Positions 63,089 to 64,000 of a DNA stretch of 64,000 bases are shown piece by piece. This DNA is from Patescibacteria group bacterium (GTDB taxonomy: Bacteria; Patescibacteriota; Patescibacteriia; Patescibacteriales; UBA12465), in assembly GCA_050949525.1 (NCBI GenBank), contig JBMNFW010000001.1, positions 207,890 to 271,889 of the forward strand. Reading direction: 5' to 3'. The notes below the pieces were generated by a model that had not been told where the DNA came from, did no database searches, and saw nothing but the letters and a program-made list of their open reading frames with translations. The position numbers and the translations under genes were made by a program. Positions within the stretch are counted from its first letter, which is position 1; every line of letters starts with the position of its first letter.

Positions 63089-63502
63089 ATGGGATTTTTT
63101 ATTAAAATTTACGAAGGAGTATCTAATTTTTTTAAAAGGATTAAACTAGGTCTTAAAGTTTTATTTCAAGAAAGATTTATTAAGATCTATTTTATTTTTA
63201 TTTATTTTTTTAATTTTTTATTATGGCTTGGTTTTTATTTGATAATTAGAAAGAGTTCTCAAAATATCTTGATTTTACATTATAATACTGATTTTGGTAT
63301 TGATTTATTAGGACCTCGTATTTCTTTTATAAAATTTCCTTTACTTAGCTTATTTTTTATTATTTTGTATCAAATTGTTTTAGTTAAGGTTAGGCCTCGG
63401 GAATCTTTTAAGTTTTTAGCTTATTTTCTTTTAAGTTTTTTGCTTTTATTTAATATCTTTTTAGTTTTATCCATGTCTTCATTATACTTTATTAATTTTT
63501 AA
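63089..63502 (+). CDS. Small polytopic membrane protein, unknown function
   Basis: 137 aa, three to four hydrophobic segments. Precedes mraY by 3 nt. Confidence 0.5.
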   Translation: MGFFIKIYEGVSNFFKRIKLGLKVLFQERFIKIYFIFIYFFNFLLWLGFYLIIRKSSQNILILHYNTDFGIDLLGPRISFIKFPLLSLFFIILYQIVLVKVRPRESFKFLAYFLLSFLLLFNIFLVLSMSSLYFINF

Positions 63503-63505
63503 GTT

Positions 63506-64000
63506 ATGGAAATTCAAGTTATAAAAATTATTATTTTCTTTATTTTATCTTTTGCTTTAACTATTTTATGGACCCCACTTTTAACTAATTTTTTGTATAA
63601 ACATAAATTAGGTAAGCAAATTAGAAATTCAGGTCGGACGCCTATTTTTTCTAAACTTCATGCCCATAAAGCCGGCACACCGACTATGGGAGGAATATTG
63701 ATTTGGGGAGCTTTGTTAGCTTTAATATTAATTTTTTATTATTTATCATTAATTTTTCCTAATAGCTCAATAGCTAAGCTTAATTTTTTAAGTCAAAAAG
63801 AAACTTTATTACCCTTAGGAGCTTTAATGGCCTCCGCTTTGATTGGTCTTTTTGATGATTGGTTAGATGTTAGAAAAAAGGGAACTTCCGGAGGTGGGGG
63901 GCTTAAAATGCGTCATCGTTTATTAATTTATACTTTGATTGCTATTATTGGATCACTATGGTTTTACTTTAAATTAGATTGGAGCACTATTCATATTCCT
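63506..64000 (+). CDS. mraY: Phospho-N-acetylmuramoyl-pentapeptide transferase MraY (3' end outside window)
   Basis: Hand-translated open frame to the window edge. Contains HAHKAGTPTMGGILI and GLFDDWLDV MraY signatures. Absent from the ORF track because it has no stop. Confidence 0.85.
   Translation, partial: MEIQVIKIIIFFILSFALTILWTPLLTNFLYKHKLGKQIRNSGRTPIFSKLHAHKAGTPTMGGILIWGALLALILIFYYLSLIFPNSSIAKLNFLSQKETLLPLGALMASALIGLFDDWLDVRKKGTSGGGGLKMRHRLLIYTLIAIIGSLWFYFKLDWSTIHIP

Noticed and set aside
1-64000. Alternative genetic code (UGA recoding, as in some candidate phyla).
   Set aside because: TGA ends full-length conserved ORFs at the expected positions (queA at 3298-3300, the histidine kinase at 25855-25857, the transposase at 52583-52585). 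All conserved genes are intact under the standard code.

Overview
This is a densely packed, AT-rich window read with the standard genetic code: TGA terminates several full-length conserved ORFs, for example queA at 3298-3300. About 70 protein genes sit in long co-directional blocks, with many 4-26 nt gene overlaps.

The content is mostly housekeeping:
- Recombination and replication: ruvA, ruvB and ruvC (scattered), recA, recR, dnaB, ftsK, rarA.
- Translation: hisS, proS, rpsU, rplU, rpmE, prfA/prmC, queA, mtaB, and a tRNA-Lys(UUU)/tRNA-Thr(UGU) pair.
- Cell shape and wall: mreBCD plus a second mreB, murE, and mraY at the 3' edge.
- Glycogen: a module of glgA, a GH57 enzyme, a kinase and a PHP protein.

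An archaeal-type UMP kinase, a C-domain-less pyruvate kinase, an INS-less ProRS, a short Rel enzyme and a pilin-like-anchored giant surface protein together suggest a streamlined Patescibacteria/CPR-type genome. That placement is inference only.

The accessory or unusual parts are:
1. An 851-aa Cys-rich surface protein with a VirB2/TrbC-like N-terminal module (7145-9700).
2. A three-palindrome operator array abutting a consensus promoter for an AAA+/PD-(D/E)xK (DUF4143-type) protein (25901-27192).
3. A response-regulator-led MacAB-like exporter whose adaptor carries an insert of about 355 aa (41458-47038).
4. An IS481-like insertion between rpmE and the rfb operon (about 52572-53705).
5. A surface-glycan locus (53756-63502) containing an unrecognisable 278-aa protein and a G+C-richer, highly self-complementary 250-nt segment. 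That segment is either a TTG-started zinc-ribbon miniprotein or a structured RNA.

Several operon-leading genes have -10 elements only 6-8 nt from their ATG, which suggests leaderless mRNAs. I saw no rRNA genes and no CRISPR array. All homology statements rest on motif recognition by eye; no database search was run.
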